Part shown: one piece after another, positions 13,521-25,537 of the stretch
Layout of the letters: every line of letters begins with the position of its first letter
How positions within the stretch are numbered: the stretch's first letter is position 1
NCBI GenBank assembly: GCA_002633005.1
Contig: NMRA01000486.1
Span: forward strand, 56,237-120,236
Origin: Phoronis australis
Taxonomy: Eukaryota > Animalia > Phoronida
Length of the DNA: 64,000 nt
Reading direction: 5' to 3'
Notes under the pieces: model-generated
What the model was told of the DNA's origin: nothing
Databases searched by the model: none
What the model saw: the letters and a program-made list of their open reading frames with translations, nothing else
Made by a program: the position numbers and the translations under genes

Positions 13521-14922
13521 TTAATTTCTTACATTTGCCTCTTTATGAATTTCCATAAAGTTTATCAAATAAGCTTCTGTTATAATTAGACAAGGATAGC
13601 TTTTCATTTTTGGACAGATTTGACGTATTCTGTGTTACTTCGTGACCATCTTTATTAATTCTGTGTCCATTTTTGGTGTCACTGCCTTTCTATCCGCAAA
13701 ACTACTCAAAGGATCATGTCAATAGGAGATGTCTTCCTGCTGACAATAGCTACTGCTGGGCTTCTTATTGGCAATTTTGGTATCGGCATCTGCGGAGTTC
13801 TTTGATGGTTTTTCATGAAATTTGGCAAATAGGTTTCTATTGTGGAAAAACACTTTGTCTAGTGCCTTTCCATTTGTGGCAAATTTTGACGTATTCTGCA
13901 CCACCTAGTGTGCGTTTTTATTATTTTTTCACCAGGTGGATTTTCTAGTGATTGTGTTTATGAATTTATGAGTCTCGTTGTGACGTGTACTCATGGTGAC
14001 TAGAAAAAATTATACAATATCTACAATGCAACTGTAATTCATGTGTTCGTATCGTAAATTTTGCAATGCTACCCTACAGACTTCAACTTAGATTTTTGAA
14101 AAAAAATGTTTATTGTGGAGTACAAATGTTACTTTGGTATTGGTGTTATGGTGCAATGTTATTGTGACTGAGTTGCCTGTTCGTGTGAGTTCTTCAAGTG
14201 CACAAAACTATTGAAGCTTTAAACCTCCAGGTATCATACTTAGAAAAAGAATATTACTGTTCACTCTGTCTGCAATACTCGAATAGATAAAATAGAATTT
14301 GTTATTTCTCCCCTTTCTGTCATGCTACGCCCCTCATTTGTTTTAATTGACGTTCACACGTTTTCCTGTGCTTAATATGAACCTGTATGAACCAGACAAA
14401 CAATTAGTCATAAAAATAGAACAGGAAGTGGTGCTAATTGATACATTGTAGCAGTTCAGTGGCTAGTGGCAGTGCACAGTTTTCCCACAAGTGTGGGAAG
14501 CCTTGCAATGTCAAGGAGATGAGTGAAACTCAGCGTGGTTGAGGTGATCAAAGAACGGCTAGATGACTGTAGTGTTCCAATGCTTCCGCCGTCAATGGCT
14601 GATTCCTGAAGTCTGGCTGTTATTGTTGCACTTGACCGAGATTGTGCGAGGGGAGCTCAGCTGGTTTTCGAAGGGGGAGGCAACTGGAAAATCTAAGTAT
14701 ACCCAGCCTTTTACAAAGTGACCGCAAAAAATCCGCTTGTACGGTGTTCTCAAGTTGTTCCCTTAGACTTAGATTTTAAACGATTACTGGTTTCTGGTAT
14801 GCAACTCAATCTGCACCGCTACATACCGATTGTAATAAAAAAACACCAAAGGTACTTCATATTGGTCACGGGTAAAGTTGGGTATGTTTGGCTGTTTGGT
14901 AAAGTGCTAAATGAGTTTGAAT

Positions 14923-15220
14923 TACTGTAAAAATTCTCTAGTTTGGAGAGCCTCTTGAATTTGTGACACAGGAACTCTCGCAAAGGTTGACTTTTCTTTA
15001 TTCTGGAATTTGGGACAAGGGCGATTTTGATATTCATCGTATTTCTCAAAATTCGGACAAAGTTCCTTCAACCTATAGGCTGGTTAATTTTGCCCTCTTT
15101 CCGGTGACTCTGGAATTTGGGATCCTCAGTATTGCCTATTTCTAGAATTTGGGATAAGCTGTCCAACCTTGAACAAAATAATTAATTTTCAGTGTCCCAA
15201 AGTAGAGAATTTTTGCGGTG
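14923..15220. mobile_element. Tc1/mariner-type MITE with GAATTTGGGAC internal repeats; related sequence at 54880-55121 (inverted) and about 39380-39620
   Basis: Left TACTGTAAAAATTCTCTAGTTTGG pairs with right CCAAAGTAGAGAATTTTTGCGGTG. The reverse complement of 54880-55121 aligns by eye. Confidence 0.6.
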
Positions 15221-18141
15221 AACGACAGCTCTTGTACATTTTTAGGAATCATCTTGGTTTTTGAGTACATGTACTGAGAACAGTGAACCTTGTCAGGCAA
15301 TGAACTCAACAGTTACAAGATTTAACTTTGGTACTTGTTTTATGTATCCACCTTCGAATTATGCTGACATCATCAGAAAGCAAGATCAAAATTCCTGACT
15401 ATACTACAAGACATGGGCTACGTAAAAGCGTATACTACGTCACCTGATTAAAAGCGGTAGTGACACGGTTTTCGTAGTTGACGTTCAGGTGGGCACCAAG
15501 AGATTACTATCAATAATTCTGCACACCCTAGGGGGCACTGATGTGCTATGGATTGTGCGATTGTTCCCCTCAAAGTTTACACCAGTGGAGACGTAAAATT
15601 TGTGTCACTTGAAATTTTAAATAGAGTTGGAATTTTTTCTGTTCTTTTATTTCATTACGTACTTTTGTTGAAAAAAACGGGTTCAAAGTTGATCGCTGCG
15701 GTTCTTTTCCATAACTTTTGATGCTCTGCAGAATTACTTATCAAGAGCGCATTGTCGAGAGATTGTAGCGCCTTCTAAAGAAAAGGTAGAAAACTGTGTT
15801 GTAGGGGGCAAGTGGAATTGTTCTAGAATGAAGTTTCTTCTGATCACAAACTCTTTGCATCCTGCGTTGAAGAATCCTCACTCTACTGAATAACTTGGTA
15901 AATAAATATGATTAGGGTCATTAGTGTGGAGCACAAGTCAAAGTAATTGTCAATTAACAGTTAACAGTTGGTAAAAACTACCATAATTCCAATGCTGTCA
16001 ACTAACAGTAATGGTCCCAACTGTCTGTCTATAGAGAATGCATCAAATTCCCCCATTTGCTCGTCATTAGGTTCATGCCCTACATTATTAGACTCTAGAG
16101 GTCACTTGCGTAACTTAATTCCATATAAGTGATTTACATCAAATCATATGTGCCTGTAGCATAGTCGGCTTCGGCTTGCATAGTTATTATGTGTTCGTGA
16201 CAAAACATTGTGTACCGAAACCTAACGAATGCGTTCACTCCCCAGATTTAGTTTCAGAATTACTGTAGATGCATAAATGCACTTAAATATTCCTTGAAGC
16301 GTTACCAGTCAAGGTACTGCAAAGTTAAGTCTATCGGCTCGGGTAGTTAGAAGAGATCTGTTTTTCTTCTTTAGCCTGGTTTTGGGATTGGAATATCAAC
16401 CATGCATAGAGAATTATCCGTTAATTGTAGAAATGCACATTTTCAAGTGATGCCTTTTGTGAATTTTACGTAACCATCGTTAAGAAAAATCATGTCATTG
16501 ACAGAAGAGCAACGCATCTGCAATAATTAGGCGACTTCGTTTTTACTTTTGAGTTTTCACTCTCAAGATAGGAATGTTCTTGATAGTCAAACATCTGTTG
16601 CATTCGTACACATTGGTTACCGGTAATTTGCTCTGTTTGATTTATAAAGTAAATACCCTCTACTTTTCATTCGAAAAATCCATAGACAACCCATTTGTTG
16701 ACAAGACTACAGAGTGCGCTACTGGTTTCAATATGTGGTTAAATTTAATTTTGTCATTTCATCTCGCCCAAAGTCTTCTATAGTAGTTCGAGAGTAGGTC
16801 TCAAGTCTGAATACGTCTTGAAGGGACATGAGTTTATTTCGGTGGTCGCCATTTATCGACCTGAGGAATAATAAGTTGGAGTAAAAGTTTCTGAGTAATT
16901 TAAAGAGGCCTGAAACGTGGAATTTTTTAAACAATTCCTGGCGAAAATACCATCTCGCAATGTCTGGTATACAGTAATTGACTTCCCCTGTGAGGAAACT
17001 TTCTTGAAAAGTCACAAAATTCACGATTTTTGAAATACACGCGAAGGAAAAACTCTGTGGTTACCACAGAGTTTTTATTCTCCCTCTCACTTATGATGAA
17101 TGCGTGTGTACACTCACACTCAGTTGTTTGAAGTCACTTGAGGTCAAAGGTCACATTTTCAGTATAAGGGAGGTGTGCTTTGTCTATGTCTTGCCATACC
17201 AAATAAGGAGATGTGCCTTGCTTTGTAGGAGAAAAACCAACGAAGTGGCAGATCATTTTTTGAAATTTGAAACTTAAAAGAAAATGCTTTGATATAAACA
17301 GGAATTAAAAATCTTTACCAACAAACCCTAAAAATACCTGGTGAGCAGGTTTCAGTGGCTGAGAACCCGACTTTCAACTTTGTAATTTAGTCTGTTTGTC
17401 GTGTTCCAGTCCTCTTTAAGGGTACAAGTAAGCTTTGGTGGTCCCCAGGACAGATGCTCTTCAAGTCATGGGTTTGGGAGACAAATATCCATTAGCAAAT
17501 GGATATGATTTGTGACTAATCAGTGTCTAAGCTCCGCAACTTATTTTTTACTTTTGCCAGCACCAAAGTTCTGCCTGCTATCGTATTGTTATTGTAAAGA
17601 TTGCTCAACTGATGCCATGCTATTCTGAAGTTATTATACCGAAAGTCGTGAGAAAATGGGAAATTTTCTTAATTTTGATTTGAATAATTTTTCAGGTATT
17701 TGTGTGATTTCTATAAAATGTCATCTAAGTTACTGCACATTTTTCTAAGATGCATCGACATTGCCAAAAAAAGCATGAAGCAGACGTCACGACCAGCGGA
17801 CTCATATCTGGATAAGCAAGGACAAAATAAAGAAATTTACATTCATAACATTTCACAAATATATTATATTGTATTTTATTTCATAATATCTCGTGGATTT
17901 ACAGTTAAACATGTGAACCACATGTGAGTGCCAGCGCATGTAGCTACAGGCTTTCAAGCATTGGCCTGTTCCTACTTTTTTCTGAAATTCCTAATATTTC
18001 TTAATATTTCGTACTTTTTTTCTCATTGCTCTGAAACTCCGTCTAAGTTATGTTTTTGAAGAAGTGAGTAGTCATTTTAGGTTATTAGGTACAGCACATC
18101 TAGGACTTCCTCCAGCACAATCGATGCTTACCTAAAGACTG

Positions 18142-21100
18142 TAATTGGAGAGCCAGCAGGACTTCACACTTATGAGTGTGAAAGGTTTGAGTTCATTATT
18201 CTATTATATCACCTACCATTGAAGGAAAGGGGTGTCTTTAAGTTCCACAATCCTGGGGTTTGGTCCATGGGTGATCCAAAAGAGGACCCAAAAACCCATT
18301 TAATTAAGATTTTCAGTGCAACATCTGTTTCTAGTTTATTTCATTCAAATCAGCCCTCAAATTAAAATGATGCAACATGAGACATGAAGTACCTGTAGTT
18401 CTTAAGATGCCTACTAATGAACAACCAGTTAACAATTTATTTCAAATTTTAAGTGCAACAAAATTCTTTTTCCAAAAGATAGTTTAGTAACTCTGGACAC
18501 CATATCCACAACTTAAGGCGTTAGAAGATAAGATAGGGGTATTTGGACCCTAAGGGATAACAAGACCCCCAAAAATGAACTCGTATAAAAGAGGAAATAC
18601 TGCAATTTTTTATTTGTGGTATTGATAAAACATTATTTGAAATGAACAAAAATACAAGTTAAGACACAACAATTCCTGGTGTTATTAATTAAGACACTTA
18701 TTAATTAATGGCCAACAAACGATTTATTTAAAGATGTATTTGCATGCTCCGATCTATGCTAATGTATAACAGGACCTAAATAACAATGCTATTTGAACGA
18801 CATCTACGCTAAATAAAGTGCAAGTTTTATTCATTGACAACTTGTAAATGTGAAAACGACCTCTGCACTAATGATGTACCTTGGGGGCTCATATAGCACG
18901 CATCATGCAGCGTTATTCCCTAGCACTACGTCATGATACTTACTGGACACGGTTGAGTGGATCATTTTTGACACAGAACTCATTCTCAAATGCATGTGGC
19001 AATTGTCAAGGTACTTCATATTCACATCGTCGCTGTTGTGTTTCTAACTAATTTGACTAAGTAATCACAGAGATAAGAAGTTTGGGTGCAAGTTCCTCGT
19101 CAAACTTTTAAGTGCAACAAAAATTCTTTTCCCAAAAGATAATTTAGCAACCTTGGACACCATAACCACAACTTAAGACGCAATTTTCGTGGCGTTTGTA
19201 AATAAGACGGGGGTGTTTGGACCCCGAAGGACAATAAGACGCTATTGTAGGAGAGGAACTGATTATAGACGGATCTGAACAGAAAAGAGACTCTAGCTTC
19301 AAGAAACAACTCTAGAGGGAGCCGTTGAAATGAGAGCTTAACCCGCCTTTCTCACTAAGCATTGGTCAAGCAACTTCCACTTATAGATAGAATTGAAGTG
19401 TATTTGGCGGTGATGGGAGAGTTCACTCAGTATTTCGTTGAAGATGGAGAAGTATGCACAGTAGTTCTATCCCGAAGCTGTAATCAGTCGGAAGCCAAGA
19501 CCAGTGTAATCATTCATATCATTGAGGCGGACATGTCCACACCTGGGGACATCATCATAAGAGTTTCTGACAACGACATTCTAGTGTTGCTCCTACCGTC
19601 CTGCGCCTTGTCTATTGAGTTACATCCATGGTGTGGATGGAGGTTGGGACTAGAGGACAAGGCGATCTGCTTTATTTAAACCTAATTAAGTTTGCTATGT
19701 GTGCTGTACTCCTAGGTCTACACGTGTTCACTGGATGTGACTGTACCCGTGCATTTGTAAGGAAAGGAAATTAATCATTGATTCGCAATATCCCAACAGA
19801 AGAAGTCATCAAAATCTTGCAGGACTCGACAAGCACCAGTTCAATGTGGTCGTCAAAAGCTACAAACGAAAGTCAACTCTAAGCACCCATTTGAGAAGCT
19901 TAAAAGTATCGAGGGCAACAGTATTGCACCGTGTGAAGCTGAACTAGTACTTTACATGGATATAAGTGCATTTACTGATAGACTAGGGGGCAGCGCTCAT
20001 CTCCAAATCTTGGACAAAACACGCATCATTTGGTTCCGTGGAGAACAGATCCTCGTCTGCGCTCATTCCAGAGGTTCAAGTTGAAACAAAGCCAGATGGC
20101 AATGATGGCGATCCTGAGAAAGATGATGGTATGGACAGTGATGAAGACAAAGATCATGATCCTCTAACAAGAGAAATGGAATCATCTGATGAAGAGAGTG
20201 ACGATGATCATGACTTAGATGTTTGCTGTCAAGTTACAGCAGAGTGAATAATTATGCCTTTTTGGATTTTGGTTTTATCATGTAAACAATAAACTGTACA
20301 ATGCATCACAATCCCATGTACCGTGTTCGCCGTAATAACCGCCCACTTTCATTTGTTGCCACTAAATGCGCTACAAGGAGTTGAGCTTTAATTTGTAGCC
20401 AGCTTATTTAGTTACCCCAGGTGTATCTTAACCTAATTTTTGTTTCATTTTTGTTGTATTTTAGAGGAAATTTGTTATATCTTCAGATGTGTTTTTCTTT
20501 TATTTAAAATAATATTTTTTATCCGTAGTAATCAAAATTGTCGTCGTTCCTCTTTTATACAAGTTCATTTTTGGGGTTTAGTTATCCCCGTCTGGTCTGC
20601 TAACTCCAGGAAAAATACAGTGTTATGCTGTGGATGCTACTAAAACTAACTTTCAGAAAAAAATGTTGCACTTAAGTATAAAGAAATAACGTAATTATTA
20701 AGTGTCTTAATAACACAAGAATTTTTCATGTCGTAAGTTGTATTTTTGTATCACTTGAAATAATTTTTATTCATAGTAATAATTAAAAATTTTGTATTTC
20801 CTCTCTTATTAGGTCATTTTTGAGGGTCTATCCTTTGGGGTCTAACCCCCCTGTCTTATCTACAAAAAACGGGAAATGGCATCTTAAGTTTTGGATATGG
20901 TGTCTAGGGTTACTAATCTATCTTTTGGAAAATTTTTTTGATGCACTTCAAAGTTTAAATAAATCGATAATTGGTCGTTATGATTAGTAGGTGTTTTAGT
21001 TAATTACCCCCAAGCATTTTCACGTGTTAAGTTGTGCCATTTTAATTTGAGTGTTGATTTGAATGAAAGAAACTTGAAACCGATGTTGCACTCGAAATTT

Positions 21101-21274
21101 AAATTAAATGGATTATTGGGTTCTTTTTTGGACCCTCCCCCAGGGACCAAGCCCAGGAGTGTGCAACTTACAGACACCCCTTTTGTTCAATGGTGGGAGA
21201 CGTATAATTAGAATTACATAGTCAAACCTTTTGCACTCAAAAGTATGAATAAAGTCCTGCTGGTTCTCCAGCTA
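18142..21274 (+). mobile_element. Internally deleted AcademX-like DNA transposon with TIRs of about 560-580 bp
   Basis: Left TAATTGGAGAGCCAGCAGGAC pairs with right GTCCTGCTGGTTCTCCAGCTA (TAG terminus). Inverted homology runs about 18142-18710 vs 20690-21274. Flanks CTG/ATG are an imperfect 3-bp TSD. Contains an XPG-like nuclease remnant. Confidence 0.8.
19362..20247 (+). pseudogene. Decayed Academ protein C-terminal part (XPG/PIN-like nuclease, H3TH motif, LPP-C motif, acidic tail)
   Basis: SCNQSEAKTSVIIHI...IIIRVSDNDILVLLL resembles the 'HEEADTR..LH...V.S.DTDV..L' motif. 19697-19771 gives MCAVLLGLHVFTGCDCTRAFVRKGN ('GLHAFTGCD..SAF.GKGK'). About 19920 gives SIAPCEAEL. D/E-rich tail at 20090-20220. 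Frameshifts and stops present. Confidence 0.8.
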
Positions 21275-22070
21275 ATGGTAAGTACTGCCTGTGACATTGG
21301 TTAACGTCAGTGGTAAATATCGATGAAAACTACTCCTGAATGCCTGCTCTTGTTCCTACTTTTTTCTACTTTTCACTTCACAAAAATATGTCCTACTTTT
21401 TTCCTATTTTTTGCCTAAAACTGCTTGAAAGCCTGAATATAGCCCAGTCATCAATCCAACACTTGCTAATTCTGAACAGTCTACCTTAAAGAAGACACTA
21501 AACCGCATTCAGTCAAATATGTACGGGTAGTTTTTCCGACCATCCACTGTCCTACAAAATCGTTTCCGTTGCAACTAGCCCTAAGAGCAAAATGTGAAAA
21601 AACAACTGTGTTTGAAATTATCAGAGTTGTTTGAATGATGCTTGACAAGTAACTTGGCAGTTGTAATCTATGAATGAGCTCAAACACTTCGTGTTGTACC
21701 GCGCGGATGCGCAACAATTTGTTTGTTTTCCCAGGACCCGTTTTGATAATAAGGCTCTATATGGTAACAGTTTCTGGGAAATATGATCAAAAATACATCA
21801 AAAGGAATCTGTTGCTGTGTAATATGCTTGTAGAGGACTTCCGCGATGTTGGCATTGTTCTCTGTGACACTGTGCCATCAGTTACTACAACTGCATCTTT
21901 CAGAACAATCCGTCCTTGTTAACCGTTTCGAATTTTACCTAGTGATGATGGCTACTAGTGTTAATGGCTGCACATGGGAAAGTCCTGCGTGCAATGATCA
22001 TTAACGTCGCTTGGTTCTCCTTTTATATCTCTTTCTCTGCACTGTTGTCTGCTCTACGTTGCCGTCTGCT

Positions 22071-23240
22071 CTATACTACCGTCTGGTCCGTCTTGTTGAT
22101 TGCTGTGTAAAGTCCATTGTTATTTCTTGTCTCCCTGCTGGAGTTTGAAACCAGTTTCTTAAGCCAAGTGCTGACAAAGATCTTCTTGAAAGTGTAGCGG
22201 AATTTCCGGCTCATTGAACAGTACATGATAAAGTTAACAGAAGAGTTGATCAATGTGAGAATGTCCATAAGGTCTCCGAGGTGCATGTACGTGCTCTTCA
22301 AGAACTGATCGTCTGAGCCTCCCAACAAGGCGACGACACCCTGTGGTGCCTCTGTCACCACAAATGATAACACCACGGCAACCAACATGGCCGTTGTCCG
22401 GTTGTGGTCACTTGTACGATCCGATTCCTCGCGCCGTCCTTGGTGAAGCAATCGCCGTCTCTTGGCATTCGCCATGTGCATTGCATAAATAAGTAATCCA
22501 CTTAAGACCGATAACAGGATGGAAGAAGCTATTTTTATGACTATTCCATAAAGCCAGAAAATAAGTTGGTATATAATGCCTTCGTCATAGGTGCACATTG
22601 GTGCCTCTTTCATCCAATAAGAATTGTTGTTGTCTGTACGATGATAGGGTTCATAACAAAAATAGACAGGAAACGTGATGAGGACACTGAGAGTGGTGAC
22701 GAGAACGATAGTGAACTTTGCCCTCTCCTGGCTGCACAGTCTGGAGCTGAGCGTGTGGTGGCACACGGCGATATAGCGGAACACGGCTAACGACACAGTT
22801 ATCCAATTGGAAATAGCATGGCTGATAATGAACGAGTTATTGAGAAATAGTACGAACCATACAGCGGCATATGTATGTCCGTACTCCTCGTTAGGCGAAG
22901 TAAGTATGTTGAGATATATAACGTAAGGTAGATAAAAGAACATAGTGAAGAAGTCGGCCACTGCGAGTGCTGTGAGCAAGTAGTTGGTCGCCGAGCGCAT
23001 GCTTGGCTGCATCAGCACTATAATGTTCACGATGTTTGTAAATACTCCAAAGAGGCAGACAACGAGAGCTATATAGCCGTGAATTTCTTCGTAACTCCTG
23101 CTGAATTCCTCCATACTATTGGTCATGCCTGTAGCTTCTGCTGGTGACCTATTTAGTGCTTCACTGCCATTCAGACATCTGTTGTAAGACATGTTTTCGC
23201 TGCCATGGCATAAATCTATTACAACCATTGCTGTGGCCAT
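22071..23240 (-). CDS. Class A neuropeptide GPCR, myosuppressin/myomodulin receptor (DmsR/dmsr-1)-like, 389 aa, intronless ORF
   Basis: Seven hydrophobic segments. IHGYIALVVCLFG..TNIVNIIVL, MRSATNYLLTALAVAD, HAISNWITVSLAVFRYIAV (DRY to FRY), TTAMLVAVVLSFVVTEAPQG and LINSSVNFIMYCSMSRKFR match DmsR-family motifs. ATG is in AAAATGG context with an in-frame TAG 12 nt upstream. N-terminal N-glycosylation sequons (NMS, NGS, NRS). Confidence 0.93.
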   Translation of the reverse strand: MATAMVVIDLCHGSENMSYNRCLNGSEALNRSPAEATGMTNSMEEFSRSYEEIHGYIALVVCLFGVFTNIVNIIVLMQPSMRSATNYLLTALAVADFFTMFFYLPYVIYLNILTSPNEEYGHTYAAVWFVLFLNNSFIISHAISNWITVSLAVFRYIAVCHHTLSSRLCSQERAKFTIVLVTTLSVLITFPVYFCYEPYHRTDNNNSYWMKEAPMCTYDEGIIYQLIFWLYGIVIKIASSILLSVLSGLLIYAMHMANAKRRRLLHQGRREESDRTSDHNRTTAMLVAVVLSFVVTEAPQGVVALLGGSDDQFLKSTYMHLGDLMDILTLINSSVNFIMYCSMSRKFRYTFKKIFVSTWLKKLVSNSSRETRNNNGLYTAINKTDQTVV

Positions 23241-23357
23241 TTTGGTTGTCTAAGATTATCTGCCAGTGAGTGTTTATACCACTCTGGTAGTTATCTCCCT
23301 TGAGACTTTCCTACCTGTCTTTACTAATGTCTTGGAAAGGAAATCTGAAAAATAAAG
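23241..23357 (-). other. 5' UTR part of the GPCR coding exon and its splice acceptor
   Basis: Minus strand tttatttttcAG| with exon start at 23344, 104 nt upstream of the ATG. This implies one or more upstream non-coding exons. Confidence 0.65.
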
Positions 23358-23819
23358 GACGATTTATAAAATATCTGCGTTGGAACATGGAAGTTTGACC
23401 TTTTGATCTTAGATTGTCTGGCATATGTCAAATATATTTTGTTTCGAGTTCTGCTCAGTAGAGGTCACCAGTATTGCTTTGTGTGCACTTTTGATGTACC
23501 GAGACTTCACAGTGTTTTACACAAGAGAATTAACTAACTGGTGTTGTTAGTGTTAATTCAAATACATTTTGAATATCCTTTGCATGACTTACTTAATGAA
23601 ATCGATGGCATGGACAATGAATGGCAATCTTTTCCCACATTTTTTTTTTTTTTACATTCCGGTAATTTGCACCTGAAATCTGCCAACATTGATCGTTCCG
23701 TGTCTGTTGGTAATATTTTGCGAATCTCAGTTATTATTCTGAGGCTATTTGTTTTATCAGAGGTTGTTGATGTGGTCATAACAAAAACAGCAGTGTCTTA
23801 GTTGGGCTGTTACAGGTCA

Positions 23820-24283
23820 TAAACAGTTTTGGGAAGGTGTGAAAAATGTGAACGTGAAGTGCCTTCACATTTACGTCACTGGTAATTTTTTGTTTTCATA
23901 AAAAAGTGTAATTACCTCCCTAGTAACGAAGTGTCTTAACAACCATCTTGGGTGTAACTAGGCATAACATCTCTGATTATAGCGCTACCTGGCTGCGATA
24001 CAGCGTCTAGTGTTCTTAAGTGGCATTCAACTGAAAATGTATGCAGTGTGTGACAGTTTGGTAAACAGTTTTGGGAAGGTGTGAAAAATATGAACGTGAA
24101 TTGCCTTCACATTTACGTCACTGGTAATTTTTTTGTTTTCATAAAAAAGTATAATTACCTCCCTAGTAATGAAGTGTCTTAACAACCATTTCGGGTGTAA
24201 CTGAGGCATAACATCACTGGTTACAGCGCCACCTGACCGCAATACAGTGTCTGGTGTTTTTTAAGCAGCATTCAGTTGAAAAT
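23820..24283. repeat. Tandem duplication of a ~242-bp unit
   Basis: aaacagttttgggaaggtgtgaaaaat... at 23821 and 24063, with high similarity over about 220 bp. Confidence 0.9.
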
Positions 24284-25275
24284 GGGTGCTACACTTTTTT
24301 ACCACTGACGGTATTCATTAATTTGATCCATTATGATATATTTGGTGGAATGTGTTACCAACATAACTTAGTGTGCAATGTTTTAGTCATGTCTCCAACT
24401 ATGTAAATAACCTTTTGGATTGGCAACCTTCAATAAGATTTCTAGACACTAACAAAGTTAAAGCTGACATCATTAACCAATAACTGAATGGGATAAAAGT
24501 AAACATAACCCATGGGTTTTTCCAATAACTGAATGGAATAAAAGTAAACATATCCCATGGGGTTTTTGGCGGACATTGCATAACTGCGCTGTAGACTCAG
24601 GTGCACTGCCACCACTACTGACAGGTGTAATGCATGCTTACTGAGTGTGGAACTTCTTCACCAGTGACACATGACAGTTGTATTTCATGAGGAATCAAAT
24701 CACAGGAAGCAAATTTGACTTAATCACTTTGTTTGACATCTGCTAGACATGAAAATGCCTGCATCTAATAAGTTATGTCAATTTTTAATGAGTTTGACCG
24801 ATATCCAGTCTGTTGGGGGATAGGCTTGACTTTTCCAAGGAACTACATCTGAATCCCAGACTTACTGGTGGCCCGCATTCAAATCAACGAGCAATACAAA
24901 AGAGAGAATGTGTGACATGACTGCACTGTAATCTCATTAATTTCAGACAAAAAATTTGCCAAAATTACCTTTTTGTGTTTGCTGTGAATGCAGTTGTCTG
25001 TACATTTTCTCATGATAGTTATGGTACAGGACTTGAACTTGGTAAAATATTAATTTGATGCTCTATATCTTTTATGAAAAATGAAAAAATAACATTTTAT
25101 TTGTTCGCCATATTATGTCCTTAATTCATAAGATTTTACTGTAGCCTTTGTTAACATTGGCCTTGACGATTGGAGAAGAGAGATGTCTGATCTCAAACTA
25201 AATCTTCCTGGTTCAGTTTATATTAACTAGCATCCCCTCAATTTCCTAAATTTTTCTTAACACTGGTCTGTGTTA

Positions 25276-25537
25276 TAATAATATATAATAATTGCAGGCG
25301 GTCTGATACACGTTGTATCTGATACACATTGTATCAGACGTGCGCAGGCCTCGCATGTGGGCCCATTGCACTGATCACCTGGAAATATTTTTATGCTTTA
25401 TTGATATATGGTTAAAACCGAGCTGAGGTGCTAGAAACCTGGCTCAAGGGTTTAGCAGTGTGACCTGGTGGGACTTGAACCCACGACCTCGAGTAAAGAA
25501 AGCGGGCACTTATCAACCAGGCCACACTGCCTCCTCT
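25276..25537 (-). mobile_element. tRNA-derived SINE, family A, full length with TSD
   Basis: A box TGGCCTGGTTG and B box GGTTCAAGTCCC. 12-bp TSD TGGTCTGTGTTA (25264-25275 and 25538-25549). TA-rich tail. Confidence 0.92.

Larger units (their letters stand above)
17947..21435. mobile_element. hAT-type MITE split by an Academ insertion
   Basis: Perfect 14-bp TIR CAGGCTTTCAAGCA / TGCTTGAAAGCCTG. 'ttcctactttttt' subterminal motifs at both ends. TSD degenerate. Confidence 0.7.

Noticed and set aside
16168-16220. Possible miR-153-like hairpin (TTGCATAGT)
   Set aside because: Only the seed region matches, the rest of the mature sequence does not, and the stem is weak.
25450-25537. tRNA gene (also 10166-10240, 51945-52028 and 32880-32948)
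   Set aside because: A and B boxes are present but I could not fold a full cloverleaf. The family A heads are followed by a shared SINE body, and two copies have TSDs.
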